This document shows positions 16,849 to 26,618 of a stretch of DNA of 64,000 nt, piece by piece (the first letter of the stretch is position 1; the number at the start of each line of letters is the position of its first letter). The notes beneath the pieces are model-generated. The model searched no databases and was not told where the DNA came from. It worked only from the letters and a program-made list of their open reading frames with translations. This DNA is from Minisyncoccota bacterium (GTDB taxonomy: Bacteria > Patescibacteriota > Minisyncoccia > Moranbacterales > UBA2206), in NCBI GenBank assembly GCA_031291955.1, contig JARLIA010000001.1:5300-69299 (forward strand), given 5' to 3'. The translations under genes were made by a program, and so were the position numbers.

Positions 16849-18264
16849 ATGAAGAGATCCGAACTTTTTTTTAGTTTCATCCAGGTGCCGGTGGACTATC
16901 TGATGATAGTGCTCGCCGCCCTTTCGGCTTTCCTGATCCGAAACGTCCCGGAAGTCCTCTCGCTGAAACCAAAACTTTACACTTTTCATTTCCATATCTA
17001 TCTGGAAATAGTTTTAGCTGTCGCGCCTATTTTCATTCTGATTTACGCCATGGAAGGCCTTTATGATATCCGCGTTACCCGGAAATTCTGGAAGGAGATG
17101 GTGCGGATTTTTTCAGCCACTTCCATCGGCCTGGTTTTGATTATCGTGGCAATTTTCTTGCAACGGGAATGGTTTTCTTCCCGCTTTGTCATCTTGGCGG
17201 CTTGGGGGCTGGCCACGCTTTATGTTGTCATCGCCCGTTATCTCATTCAGCTCATTCAAAAATGGCTGCTCAGGAGTCGCGGTATCGGTGTTCACCGGGT
17301 GCTGCTTATCGGTCATAACGGCAAGATGGATTTTATCGCCAAAAGCATCCGTCGCGACAGAAGTTTGGGCTATAAGATTGTTGACCAGGTCAACTCGGCC
17401 AGTCTCAAAGTGGTGAAGTCGGTCAAGCAAGACAAGGGGATTGACGAAATTATCCTTTGCGAGCCGTCACTCACCGAAGATGAGCAGGAAAAGCTGATTG
17501 ACTATTGCGCCATCCATAATGTCAAATATAAATATATTCCGACCAGTCGGGAAACCACCCGCTATGATATCGGGGTTTTCAACGGCGAACCGCTTATCGA
17601 AGTCAAAAACACGCCACTGGACGGTTGGGGGCGGATTGCCAAGCGCTTTCTGGATGTCGTGGCAGCCACGCTTGGCATCGTTGTTACTTCACCGATCATG
17701 CTGGCGACGGCTTTGGCCATCAAGCTGGACAGCGACGGGCCGGTGATTTATCGTAATGAGCGCATCGGCGACGACGGCCGGAAATTTTTCGTCTATAAAT
17801 TCCGCTATTTCAAGAACGAATATTGTATTTCCAAGGACAATCCCGATCTCAAAAAAGCCCTGGAGCTGGAAAATAAATTGATTGAAAAACAAAGTGTCAG
17901 AAAAGGGCCGCTGTATAAAATCAAAAACGATCCGCGGAAGACCCGCGTGGGCGCGATAATCGAAAAATATTCCATCGATGAATTGCCGCAATTTTTCAAT
18001 GTTCTTTTCGGTTCGATGAGCATCGTCGGTCCGCGCCCGCACCAGAAACGGGAAGTGGAAAAATATATGGAATATCACCGGCGGCTGCTCACCATTCGTC
18101 CCGGGATAACCGGTATGGCTCAGATTTCCGGCCGTTCAGATCTGGATTTCGAGAAAGAATACCGTCTGGATTTATACTATATCGAGAACTGGAGTATCTG
18201 GCTGGATTTCCAAATACTTTTCAAAACTTTCGGGGTGTTGTTTCGGAAAAGAAGAAATTCATGA
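16849..18264 (+). CDS. Polyprenyl-phosphate glycosylphosphotransferase (WcaJ/WbaP-type priming transferase)
   Basis: 4 N-terminal TM; KRFLD, YKFR, DPRKTRVG, IDELPQFFNVL.G.MSIVGPRP, DLYYIENWS. Confidence 0.95.
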   Translation: MKRSELFFSFIQVPVDYLMIVLAALSAFLIRNVPEVLSLKPKLYTFHFHIYLEIVLAVAPIFILIYAMEGLYDIRVTRKFWKEMVRIFSATSIGLVLIIVAIFLQREWFSSRFVILAAWGLATLYVVIARYLIQLIQKWLLRSRGIGVHRVLLIGHNGKMDFIAKSIRRDRSLGYKIVDQVNSASLKVVKSVKQDKGIDEIILCEPSLTEDEQEKLIDYCAIHNVKYKYIPTSRETTRYDIGVFNGEPLIEVKNTPLDGWGRIAKRFLDVVAATLGIVVTSPIMLATALAIKLDSDGPVIYRNERIGDDGRKFFVYKFRYFKNEYCISKDNPDLKKALELENKLIEKQSVRKGPLYKIKNDPRKTRVGAIIEKYSIDELPQFFNVLFGSMSIVGPRPHQKREVEKYMEYHRRLLTIRPGITGMAQISGRSDLDFEKEYRLDLYYIENWSIWLDFQILFKTFGVLFRKRRNS

Positions 18265-19364
18265 AAATCGCTCTCGTCCATGACTATCTCGTCCAGAACG
18301 GCGGCGCCGAAAAAGTGCTAGAGGCTTTTTGCGAACTTTATCCGGAAGCGCCGATATATACTTTGGTTTATAGTCCAAAATTGATGCATGGCGCGTTCGA
18401 AGGAAGAGATATCCGCACTTCATTTTTGCAAAAGTTTCCTTTGGCCGCCGGTCGCCACCGGGTTTTTCCGCAATTCATGCCCTTTGCCATTGAAGGATTC
18501 GATCTTTCCGGATACGACGTAGTGCTGTCCGATTCGTCGAGTTTTGCTAAAGGCGTCATTACCGGGCCGGAAACGCTTCATATCTGCTATATGCACACGC
18601 CGATGAGATTCGCCTGGGATGATTGTCAGAAATATACCAGCGATTTCTATTTTCCAAACCTCATCAAAAAAGCGGTGCCGTTTTTCATGAACTACATCCG
18701 TCTTTGGGATCGGGCCAGTGCCGACCGGCCGGATCGGATCATCGCCAATTCTCGCTTCGTTTCCCGCCGGATAAAAAAATATTATAAACGCGACAGCCTG
18801 GTTATCAATCCGCCGGTGAATATTGGTAATTTTCAGACTAGCCGGGAGAAAGGAAATTATTTTTTAGCTGCCGGCCGCCTCATGGCCTACAAACGCTTCG
18901 ATATTATCATTGAAGCATTTAACCGATTGGGACTGCCACTCAAGATTATCAGCCGTGGGCCGGAAATGAAACGTCTTCAAAAGATGGCCAAGTCCAACAT
19001 TGAATTTCTGGGGCGGGTGAGCGATGCCGAGCTTACCCAATATTTCTCATCTTGCCAGGCTTTCATTTTCCCTCAAGAAGAAGATTTCGGCATTATTGCG
19101 ATTGAGGCCATGGCTTCCGGCACGCCGATTATCGCTTACCGCGGCGGAGATATTCCGGAGCATACGGAGGAAGGCAAAACGGGAATATTTTTTGACGAGC
19201 AGACGCCGGAAGCTATTATGGAAGTCGTTAAAAATTTTGATTGCAAACAATTTGACCCGGAATATATCCGCCAAAGCGTTTTGAAATTTGACAAAAGCGT
19301 CTTTAAGGCTAAAATAAAAGACTACGTCGAAAGCGAGTATAACCAGTTTAAAAGCCAGTCGTAG
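18261..19364 (+). CDS. Glycosyltransferase family 4
   Basis: HDYL...GGAEKV, EDFGIIAIEAMASG. Confidence 0.93.
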   Translation: MKIALVHDYLVQNGGAEKVLEAFCELYPEAPIYTLVYSPKLMHGAFEGRDIRTSFLQKFPLAAGRHRVFPQFMPFAIEGFDLSGYDVVLSDSSSFAKGVITGPETLHICYMHTPMRFAWDDCQKYTSDFYFPNLIKKAVPFFMNYIRLWDRASADRPDRIIANSRFVSRRIKKYYKRDSLVINPPVNIGNFQTSREKGNYFLAAGRLMAYKRFDIIIEAFNRLGLPLKIISRGPEMKRLQKMAKSNIEFLGRVSDAELTQYFSSCQAFIFPQEEDFGIIAIEAMASGTPIIAYRGGDIPEHTEEGKTGIFFDEQTPEAIMEVVKNFDCKQFDPEYIRQSVLKFDKSVFKAKIKDYVESEYNQFKSQS

Positions 19365-19370
19365 CCATTT

Positions 19371-20534
19371 ATGAAAATTGCAATCGATGTCCGTTGTCTA
19401 ACGGATGGTCGCCGGACGGGCGTGGAAGAATACACACTTAGCCTCTTGGAAAATATTTTTGAAATAGATCGGAAGAACAAGTATGTTCTTTTTTTGAATG
19501 CTTGGAAAGAGCCGCGTTTTGATTTTTCAACTCTCGAAAAATATCCGAACGTTAAACTGAAAAGACTCCGGATTCCCAATAAGCTTCTCAATTTTTCTTT
19601 TTGGTATCAGGATTGGCCCAAAATAAACCGCTTAGTCGGAGGAGCGGACATTGTTTTTTCGCCCAACATTATTTTTGGCGCGGTCAGCAAATACGTAAAG
19701 CATGTCACAACCATTCACGACTTGTCGTTTGAAAGGTATCCGGAATATTTTTCCCAGAAACGGCGCTGGTGGCATATTTTCATCAACGCCCGAAAAATCT
19801 GCCGGCAGGCGAACAGAATTATTGCTGTTTCCGAATCAACCAAAAAAGATGTCGTCTCGCTCTACGGCATAGACCCGCAAAAAATCGCCGTCATTCCGAG
19901 CGCCGTTTCGGATAAATTTCGAATCATCAATAGGAACGACGCCAAACTGGTTAAGGTCAAGGAAAAATATAATTTGCCGTATAAGTTTATTTTGTTTTTG
20001 GGGACGATCGAACCGCGGAAAAATATCGTTGGTCTGGTGCGGGCTTTTTCGGCTTTCCAAAAATTTGCCCGGGAAAACAAGAAAGATGATCTGCAAAAAT
20101 ATAAGCTTGTCATCGCGGGCAGTTCCGGCTGGAAGAATGAGGGAATATTCCAAGAGATCAATAATTCCGAATCCAAGGATGATATCCAAGTCATCAACTT
20201 CGTGGATGATGAGGACAAGCCCTATATATATAATCTGGCGTCGCTTTTTGTTTACCCGTCTTTTTTCGAAGGCTTCGGCTTTCCGCCGTTGGAAGCGATG
20301 AAGTGCGGCGTGCCGGTGATTGCGTCGAACAATTCTTCCCTTCCGGAAATTGTCGGCAACGCGGGGATTTTGATCGACCCGGACAAACCGGAAGAAATTT
20401 TCCGCGCCATGCGGGAAGTTCTTTCGAGTCGCGAACTTCAGCTTGAGCTCATCAAAAAAGGTTTTGAAAAAGCCGATCAATTCGCCTGGAAAAAAACTGC
20501 CCAAAAAACGCTTGAAATATTTGAAACAACTTAA
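19371..20534 (+). CDS. Glycosyltransferase family 4
   Basis: TIHDL, GTIEPRKN, EGFGFPPLEAM. Confidence 0.93.
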   Translation: MKIAIDVRCLTDGRRTGVEEYTLSLLENIFEIDRKNKYVLFLNAWKEPRFDFSTLEKYPNVKLKRLRIPNKLLNFSFWYQDWPKINRLVGGADIVFSPNIIFGAVSKYVKHVTTIHDLSFERYPEYFSQKRRWWHIFINARKICRQANRIIAVSESTKKDVVSLYGIDPQKIAVIPSAVSDKFRIINRNDAKLVKVKEKYNLPYKFILFLGTIEPRKNIVGLVRAFSAFQKFARENKKDDLQKYKLVIAGSSGWKNEGIFQEINNSESKDDIQVINFVDDEDKPYIYNLASLFVYPSFFEGFGFPPLEAMKCGVPVIASNNSSLPEIVGNAGILIDPDKPEEIFRAMREVLSSRELQLELIKKGFEKADQFAWKKTAQKTLEIFETT

Positions 20535-20572
20535 ACACTTTTATAACTAGCTCAAAAACATGAATACGTAAA

Positions 20573-20594
20573 GAGCGGGGCAAAAGCCTCGCTC
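20573..20594. terminator. Hairpin between convergent genes
   Basis: GAGCGGGGC-AAAA-GCCTCGCTC. Confidence 0.55.
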
Positions 20595-20629
20595 AATTTG
20601 AAATTATTATATAATTTTGATTAACGCTT

Positions 20630-21073
20630 TTAGAATAAAAAGTTGCCAGACCAACCGGACCAACTTTTTCCTGGTTGTTTGATCCTTACTTTTACACTAT
20701 ACAAAAAACTTTTGTTCTGAGTTATGCTATTATCGGGAATGCTGGATAAGTCTATTGCGGAACCGGCCGAGCTGCAAGCAGTATTAACGGTGCCGGATCG
20801 GTTGGCGGCTTTTGGCGGATTGTATTTTATATCAGTGTATTTTTTGCCCTTTAATATATACCTGGCTTTTATTATCTGACCATTTACTACTGGTGAAATC
20901 TGGAAATGCACGCGAACTGAACGAAGTTGATAAGGTGTGCCAGTTGAATAAGAAGTGCCTGCCGCCTCTGTAATCCTGGGCGTGGGGCTTTTGGCTGCTA
21001 CGGCCACACTGGTTTGAACTCCCAAAAAAGCAGTGATGGCCACACTGGCGACAAGAAGCGATTTTTTAATCAT
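20630..21073 (-). CDS. Secreted protein, FN3/Ig-like
   Basis: Signal peptide; C-terminal YSVKVR...WSGWS. Confidence 0.65.
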   Translation of the reverse strand: MIKKSLLVASVAITAFLGVQTSVAVAAKSPTPRITEAAGTSYSTGTPYQLRSVRVHFQISPVVNGQIIKARYILKGKKYTDIKYNPPKAANRSGTVNTACSSAGSAIDLSSIPDNSITQNKSFLYSVKVRIKQPGKSWSGWSGNFLF

Positions 21074-21174
21074 ATTTTATTTTAATTATTTATTAATGAT
21101 ATGTTATAATTCGCTAACTCGCATATTAATTTTACTTGAATTTTTCAAAGTGTCCACCGGGCTCTTTTGAAAAG

Positions 21175-21183
21175 TTATCCACA
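21175..21183 (+). promoter_or_regulatory. Perfect DnaA box
   Basis: TTATCCACA. Confidence 0.55.
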
Positions 21184-21328
21184 GGTCAAAACTTTGTTTA
21201 ATTTAGCCTTGTTCGAAAAACGCTTGCCGTGTTTGTGAGTTTTGTAAAAAAGTAAATCCCAGTTTTGTTCAATGGCAATTTGTGGTATGATCAAGATGTT
21301 AATATTTTAAGAATAAATCAAAAGCTTT

Positions 21329-21865
21329 ATGGAATTTTCCCTAAATAAAAATAAAAAAAGTAGCATTTTAAAATCCAGATGGTTCATTAGCATTATCGGT
21401 GTAATTATGGTTTTTGCGCTAACTAGCGGAAATATTTTCTATAGTGATTTCGCTGCATCTGATATATATTTCGCTTTATTTTTTTTGGTATGTTTTATTA
21501 TCGCGTTGCTAATATTTTTTTATAAACAGAAAGCTTTTGGTAATTTTGTTGCGGACGAGGAGGGAATAAAAGTTAATGACAAGTTATATTCTTGGGATAA
21601 GGCCATTAATTACCATTGGCTAGGTGAAGCTCAGGGAGAAAGAATAGGTGCGGTTGGCATAGGCGGCGCATTGCAATATGACCCAATGAATCCCAATGAA
21701 TTTGCTGATACAAAAGTGGCTAGAATCAAAATTAAGGAAGGTCTTTTCCGTCATTCTTATATAAATCTAGAAGTTGATAATAATAAGGCGGGTGATTTAG
21801 TGAATGTTTTTGAACAACATCAAGTAAAACATCTTTCCCAATGGCGTGAGATAGTGGGAATATAA
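21329..21865 (+). CDS. Hypothetical membrane protein (2 TM plus PH-like domain)
   Basis: Two TM then DEEGIKVN.K.YSWD; AT-rich. Confidence 0.65.
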   Translation: MEFSLNKNKKSSILKSRWFISIIGVIMVFALTSGNIFYSDFAASDIYFALFFLVCFIIALLIFFYKQKAFGNFVADEEGIKVNDKLYSWDKAINYHWLGEAQGERIGAVGIGGALQYDPMNPNEFADTKVARIKIKEGLFRHSYINLEVDNNKAGDLVNVFEQHQVKHLSQWREIVGI

Positions 21866-21892
21866 AACTTGTCGGGGCAATATCAAGATAAA

Positions 21893-23029
21893 ATGAAACA
21901 AAAAGTCAAAAAAGTTTCCAAATGGATTTTAGCGGTTGTTTTGGCCTACGTGATTGTTCTCGTCGGCGGATTTTTCGGCATCAAATATGGACTGACCAAT
22001 ACGGCCGGGATAGTGGACGGGGAAAATAATTATTTCCAGAAATCCGAGAACCAAATTTCGAGGATGCAAAAGGTGGAGGGCGTTTCAACTGAAAACGCGA
22101 AAGTCGACCAGCTAAAAAATTTGAACGATTGCCAGATTGCTGCCATCGGCCAGTATTATCCGGCCAATGCACAAAAAATAATTGCCGCTTATCAAGAAAC
22201 GAATAGCGATCCACTGATTGCCAAGATGATTCTGGCGGTCGATTTGCGGATGCTGGACAATCCCGATTTTCAGAAAAAATACGCCGCCTGCCAAACGGAA
22301 AGCTACGCGGAAAACAATTCGGAAAGTCTGGACACGCTGGCTCAGAAATTTCCGGAAAATTCCAGTCAGAACGTCTTTCCCTGGATGAACCGGTCGGAAT
22401 GGCAGACGATCGCCGCCGCAACCATAAAAGACAAAGACGCTATCGACAAGGCCGGCAAGAGTGCCGGCGTGGAGCCGAGAATGATTGTGGCCTGCATGAT
22501 CGTGGAACAACTCCGGCTTTTCAACTCCGAGCGGGAAGTTTTCAAAAAAGTTTTTGAGCCTTTGAAAATCTTGGGGAACGCCGATCAGATTTCTTTGGGT
22601 GTCATGGGTGTCAAACAGCAAACGGCCGAAAAAATTGAAAACAATTTGAAAGACCAGTCTTCTCCCTATTATCTTGGCCAGCAGTACGAACACCTTTTGG
22701 ATTATCTGCCCGGGACGACCGACATCAATCAGGCGAGATTTGCCCGCCTCACCGACGAAAGCGACAATCATTATTATTCATATCTTTACGGCGCGCTATA
22801 TCTGCGCGAGATGCTGGAACAGTGGCGGCGAAGCGGATTCAATATTCAATACCGAATGGAAATCGTCGGCACGCTTTTCAACGTCGGCTTTCCCCAATCC
22901 AAACCGAACCCCGATCCCAAGGTGGGTGGCTCTTCAATCGATGTGGGCGACGGCAAATATTCCTTCGGCTCGCTGGCCTATGAGTTTTACTATTCCGGCG
23001 AACTGACGGACGAATTCCCATACAAATAG
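21893..23029 (+). CDS. Membrane-anchored protein, possible lysozyme-like fold
   Basis: N-terminal TM; IDKAGKSAGVEPRMIVACMIVEQ and SLGVMGV resemble SLT-like motifs. Confidence 0.55.
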   Translation: MKQKVKKVSKWILAVVLAYVIVLVGGFFGIKYGLTNTAGIVDGENNYFQKSENQISRMQKVEGVSTENAKVDQLKNLNDCQIAAIGQYYPANAQKIIAAYQETNSDPLIAKMILAVDLRMLDNPDFQKKYAACQTESYAENNSESLDTLAQKFPENSSQNVFPWMNRSEWQTIAAATIKDKDAIDKAGKSAGVEPRMIVACMIVEQLRLFNSEREVFKKVFEPLKILGNADQISLGVMGVKQQTAEKIENNLKDQSSPYYLGQQYEHLLDYLPGTTDINQARFARLTDESDNHYYSYLYGALYLREMLEQWRRSGFNIQYRMEIVGTLFNVGFPQSKPNPDPKVGGSSIDVGDGKYSFGSLAYEFYYSGELTDEFPYK

Positions 23030-23080
23030 AGCAGCCTTTCACGGGTTTAATACTCGCTTTTTTTGTGCTAAGATTAAGCC

Positions 23081-24208
23081 ATGAGAATCGGCATTGACGC
23101 CCGGTTTTACGGCCCCATCGGCAAGGGGCTGGGGCGGTATACCCAAAAATTAATAGAAAATTTGGAAAAGGTTGACCAAGTCAACCAGTATTTTATTTTC
23201 CTGAAAAAGGAAAATTTCGACGAATACCAGCCCAAAAATCCCAATTTCCAAAAAGTGCTGGCCGATTACCGCTGGTACACTTTTGCCGAACAATTGAAAT
23301 TTCCGCGGCTCTTAAAAAAATACAAACTGGACCTGGTGCATTTCACTCATTTTAACGTGCCCCTTTTTTATTTCGGGAAATTCGTGGTCACCATCCACGA
23401 TCTCATCCTCCTTCATTTTCCTACCATTCGCAGCTCCACTTTGTCGCCGCTGAAATACAAATTAAAATTCTGGGCTTATAAAATCATCATTAATTCGGCC
23501 ATTCATCGGTCAAGCCGTATCATTGCGGTGTCCCGCTTTACTAAATATGACATCCTGGAAAATTATCCCCGTATTCCTCAGGAAAAAATCGCCGTTACTT
23601 ACGAAGCTTGCGATGATTATTGTCTTTTTAATCCGAAAAAAACCGAGGAAGTTTTGGCGCGCTATGGTATAATGAAGCCGTACATCCTTTATGTCGGCAA
23701 CGCCTATCCGCACAAAAATCCGGAGCGGTTGATCCGGGCTTTCAAAAAACTGGAAAATTATCCGGCCGATCTCAAACTAGTTTTTGTGGGCACGGAAGAT
23801 TATTTCTACCGGCGCTTAAAGCAGCAAGCGATTGACGAGAAAGTGGCAAATGTTATCTTCGCTGGTTTTGTGCCTGATTATGACCTGGATGGCGTTTTTC
23901 GGGGCGCTCTGGCTTACATCCGCCCATCGCTTTATGAAGGTTTTCAATTGCCGCCGCTCGAGGCCATGGCTCGCGGTGTTCCAGTGCTCTGCTCGGATCA
24001 TCCGGGCGCCGCGGAGGTTTTGGGCGAAGCCGCTTGCTACTTTAAAATGGAAGATATTGACGATATGGTGCGAGTCATAAAATTAATCGCGGAAGATGAG
24101 GCTCTGTGTCGGGAGTTGCAGGAAAAAGGTTACGAACAAGTTAAGAAATACAGCTGGAAAAAAATGGCCCGTGAAACTTTGGAGCTATATACAAAAATAA
24201 AATTATAG
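23081..24208 (+). CDS. Glycosyltransferase family 4
   Basis: MRIGIDAR, TIHDL, GNAYPHKN, EGFQLPPLEAM. Confidence 0.93.
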   Translation: MRIGIDARFYGPIGKGLGRYTQKLIENLEKVDQVNQYFIFLKKENFDEYQPKNPNFQKVLADYRWYTFAEQLKFPRLLKKYKLDLVHFTHFNVPLFYFGKFVVTIHDLILLHFPTIRSSTLSPLKYKLKFWAYKIIINSAIHRSSRIIAVSRFTKYDILENYPRIPQEKIAVTYEACDDYCLFNPKKTEEVLARYGIMKPYILYVGNAYPHKNPERLIRAFKKLENYPADLKLVFVGTEDYFYRRLKQQAIDEKVANVIFAGFVPDYDLDGVFRGALAYIRPSLYEGFQLPPLEAMARGVPVLCSDHPGAAEVLGEAACYFKMEDIDDMVRVIKLIAEDEALCRELQEKGYEQVKKYSWKKMARETLELYTKIKL

Positions 24209-24209
24209 G

Positions 24210-26612
24210 ATGGGGGAAAGGAAAAAAATATTGCCGCAAATGTTTGATGTCCGGCCGATTGACAAGGCCGGCAATTTGGATTTGGAAAAAATAAACAAGG
24301 TTGAGAAAGTGACTCATCTGCCGGAGAAAGTCGTGGTGAAAAACAACACCCCGAGGGAGATTCGGAAGATAAATGAAGTGGCTAGGCCGAAAGTTGTCCG
24401 AAGTCCGATGCCTCGTTTCAAAAAAGAGTTTATTCCCCTGAGCAAACCGCGAGTGGAAAAAGTTCATGAGCCCCCTATAAATCAGCATCATTTTGAGAAT
24501 ATCCGGAGCAACTCGCTAGAGTTTGAAAATGGAGACGAATTTTACGAGTTTGGAAATTTGCCGGGAGGACCGAACTATGAGGCGCCTTCCAAATATGCTT
24601 ATCGTCCGATTCGACCGCGCGCCAAGAAAGATTGGCGCGGAAAATTTTATTTTTCCCTAAAAATCGTTATCGCATTTTTAGTTATTTTTTTCATTCTCAA
24701 TGGCGTTTATGTGGCCTATCAATTGAAAAACAACGCTTATCCTCAAGGAGAGGCGGCTATTTTGTCCCTAAAAACAGCCAAATCCAGCCTTGAACAGCGC
24801 AACTTTCAAGCTGCCGCCGATCAGTTCCAAAAAGCCAACGACAACTTCAGCGCTATTTCGAGCGAGTTGGGGACCGAGGGAACTATTTTGGCCGGTATGA
24901 CCAAATATGTGCCGTATCTTTCCAAGGCATCTTCCGGCACTCATTTGCTGGCAGCTGGAAAGGATCTTTCCCAATCTGGCGTTCTGGCTTCTGGTGTTTT
25001 GGAGCAGCTCAATAATCTTCGTGCCAAGACGGCTTCTGGCACGCCGGTTTCTTATTTGAAATTTTTTCAAGACAATGAAAGCAATCTGAAAACAACCGAT
25101 GCACTGCTAAAGGACGCTCAGAATAATCTGGCTTCGGTAAACGCGGATGATTTGCCCGACAAATATAAGGATGAATATATCCAAATGAATCAGTATGTGG
25201 GGAAGGCCGCTATTTTGTTGGATGATATTCTGGGTCAAAAAAATATGATTGCTGATATTCTTGGCGGAAACGGTCCGCGGAAATATCTATTTTTGTTCGA
25301 AAATAACCAGGAAATGCGCGCTACCGGCGGATTTATCGGCAGTTATGGCGAACTGGATATTTTCAATGGACGAGTAGAGAAGTTTTTTATGGATGGGATC
25401 TATGATCCAGATGGACAATTAAAAACCCGGATCGTGCCGCCCGGACCCGTTCAAAAAATCAGTGCCAACTGGAGCATGCATGACAGCAATTGGTGGCCGG
25501 ATTTTCCCACCAGCGCTCAAAAGATCGCCTGGTTCTACGAACAAGCCGGTGGGCCGACGGTAGACGGCGTGATCGCCATTACGCCAACTGTTCTCCAAGA
25601 TTTGTTGGCGATAACCGGACCGATTCCGATGCCCAGCTACGGTGTTACGGTCGATCAAAATAATTTTATCCCAGTAATTCAATACAAAGTGGAGGTGGAT
25701 TATGACAAGACCGCTAATCATCCCAAGCAGATTCTTTCCGATTTGGCGCCGAAAATTATCAATAAAATAATTAACGACGGCAATCTGGATGATGTGGCCA
25801 AGATGGCCAATTCAATTTTGGGAAACTTGAATGAAAAGCAGATTCAACTTTATTCGAGAAATCCACAGGTGGAAAATCTCATGGATCAGAATAGTTGGTC
25901 GGGCCGGATTCTGTCTACGCCAAAAGATTATGTCAGCGTCATAAACACCAACATCAATGGCTTTAAAACGGACGGAGTGATTGATCAAAGCATTTCCCAT
26001 GACGCCAAAATTCAGTCGGATGGCAGCGTTATGGACACTTTGACAATTACACGGCGCCACAATGGCGGCAACACGCCCTACGATTGGTGGAATCAGGTCA
26101 ATGATGACTATATGCGGGTCTATGTACCTGAAGGAGCCAAGCTCTTGAGCGCGACGGGCGCGACTCGCGAGACCGATGCGCCGCCGCTTGATTATAACGC
26201 GCTCGGATATCAACGCGACTCATTATTGGAAGCGGAAGAAAACGCGACAAAAATCGATCCAAATTCTGGCACTCGGATATATGACGAAGATGGTAAGACT
26301 GTTTTTGCCAATTGGGTGTACGTCAGCCCCCAGGAAAGCGTGATAGTGAAATATACTTACCTTTTGCCCTTCAAGGTTGATCCAAGCCAGGTTTCGCTTG
26401 GTACGTATTCTCTTTTGGCGCAAAAACAAGCCGGCAGTCTTGGTTCTAAATTTAAAAGCACGCTCGAATATCCGGGCGCTTGGAATCCGATTTGGGAAAA
26501 TCCGGGTGATGGTCTCGAGACCATAAATGGCTTGCCCGATGAGCAAAAGGGGGTTAAGATGAAAGCTGATTTAAAAACAGACAGGTTTATCGGCATAGCC
26601 TTTGCGAAATAG
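24210..26612 (+). CDS. DUF4012 domain membrane-anchored protein
   Basis: YLFLFENNQEMRATGGFIGSYG, DSNWWPDFPTSA, VDGVIAITP. Confidence 0.8.
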   Translation: MGERKKILPQMFDVRPIDKAGNLDLEKINKVEKVTHLPEKVVVKNNTPREIRKINEVARPKVVRSPMPRFKKEFIPLSKPRVEKVHEPPINQHHFENIRSNSLEFENGDEFYEFGNLPGGPNYEAPSKYAYRPIRPRAKKDWRGKFYFSLKIVIAFLVIFFILNGVYVAYQLKNNAYPQGEAAILSLKTAKSSLEQRNFQAAADQFQKANDNFSAISSELGTEGTILAGMTKYVPYLSKASSGTHLLAAGKDLSQSGVLASGVLEQLNNLRAKTASGTPVSYLKFFQDNESNLKTTDALLKDAQNNLASVNADDLPDKYKDEYIQMNQYVGKAAILLDDILGQKNMIADILGGNGPRKYLFLFENNQEMRATGGFIGSYGELDIFNGRVEKFFMDGIYDPDGQLKTRIVPPGPVQKISANWSMHDSNWWPDFPTSAQKIAWFYEQAGGPTVDGVIAITPTVLQDLLAITGPIPMPSYGVTVDQNNFIPVIQYKVEVDYDKTANHPKQILSDLAPKIINKIINDGNLDDVAKMANSILGNLNEKQIQLYSRNPQVENLMDQNSWSGRILSTPKDYVSVINTNINGFKTDGVIDQSISHDAKIQSDGSVMDTLTITRRHNGGNTPYDWWNQVNDDYMRVYVPEGAKLLSATGATRETDAPPLDYNALGYQRDSLLEAEENATKIDPNSGTRIYDEDGKTVFANWVYVSPQESVIVKYTYLLPFKVDPSQVSLGTYSLLAQKQAGSLGSKFKSTLEYPGAWNPIWENPGDGLETINGLPDEQKGVKMKADLKTDRFIGIAFAK

Positions 26613-26618
26613 TTGAAT

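Noticed and set aside
11462-21183. DnaA boxes as a replication origin
   Set aside because: Only isolated single boxes about 10 kb apart, with no cluster and no dnaA or dnaN nearby.
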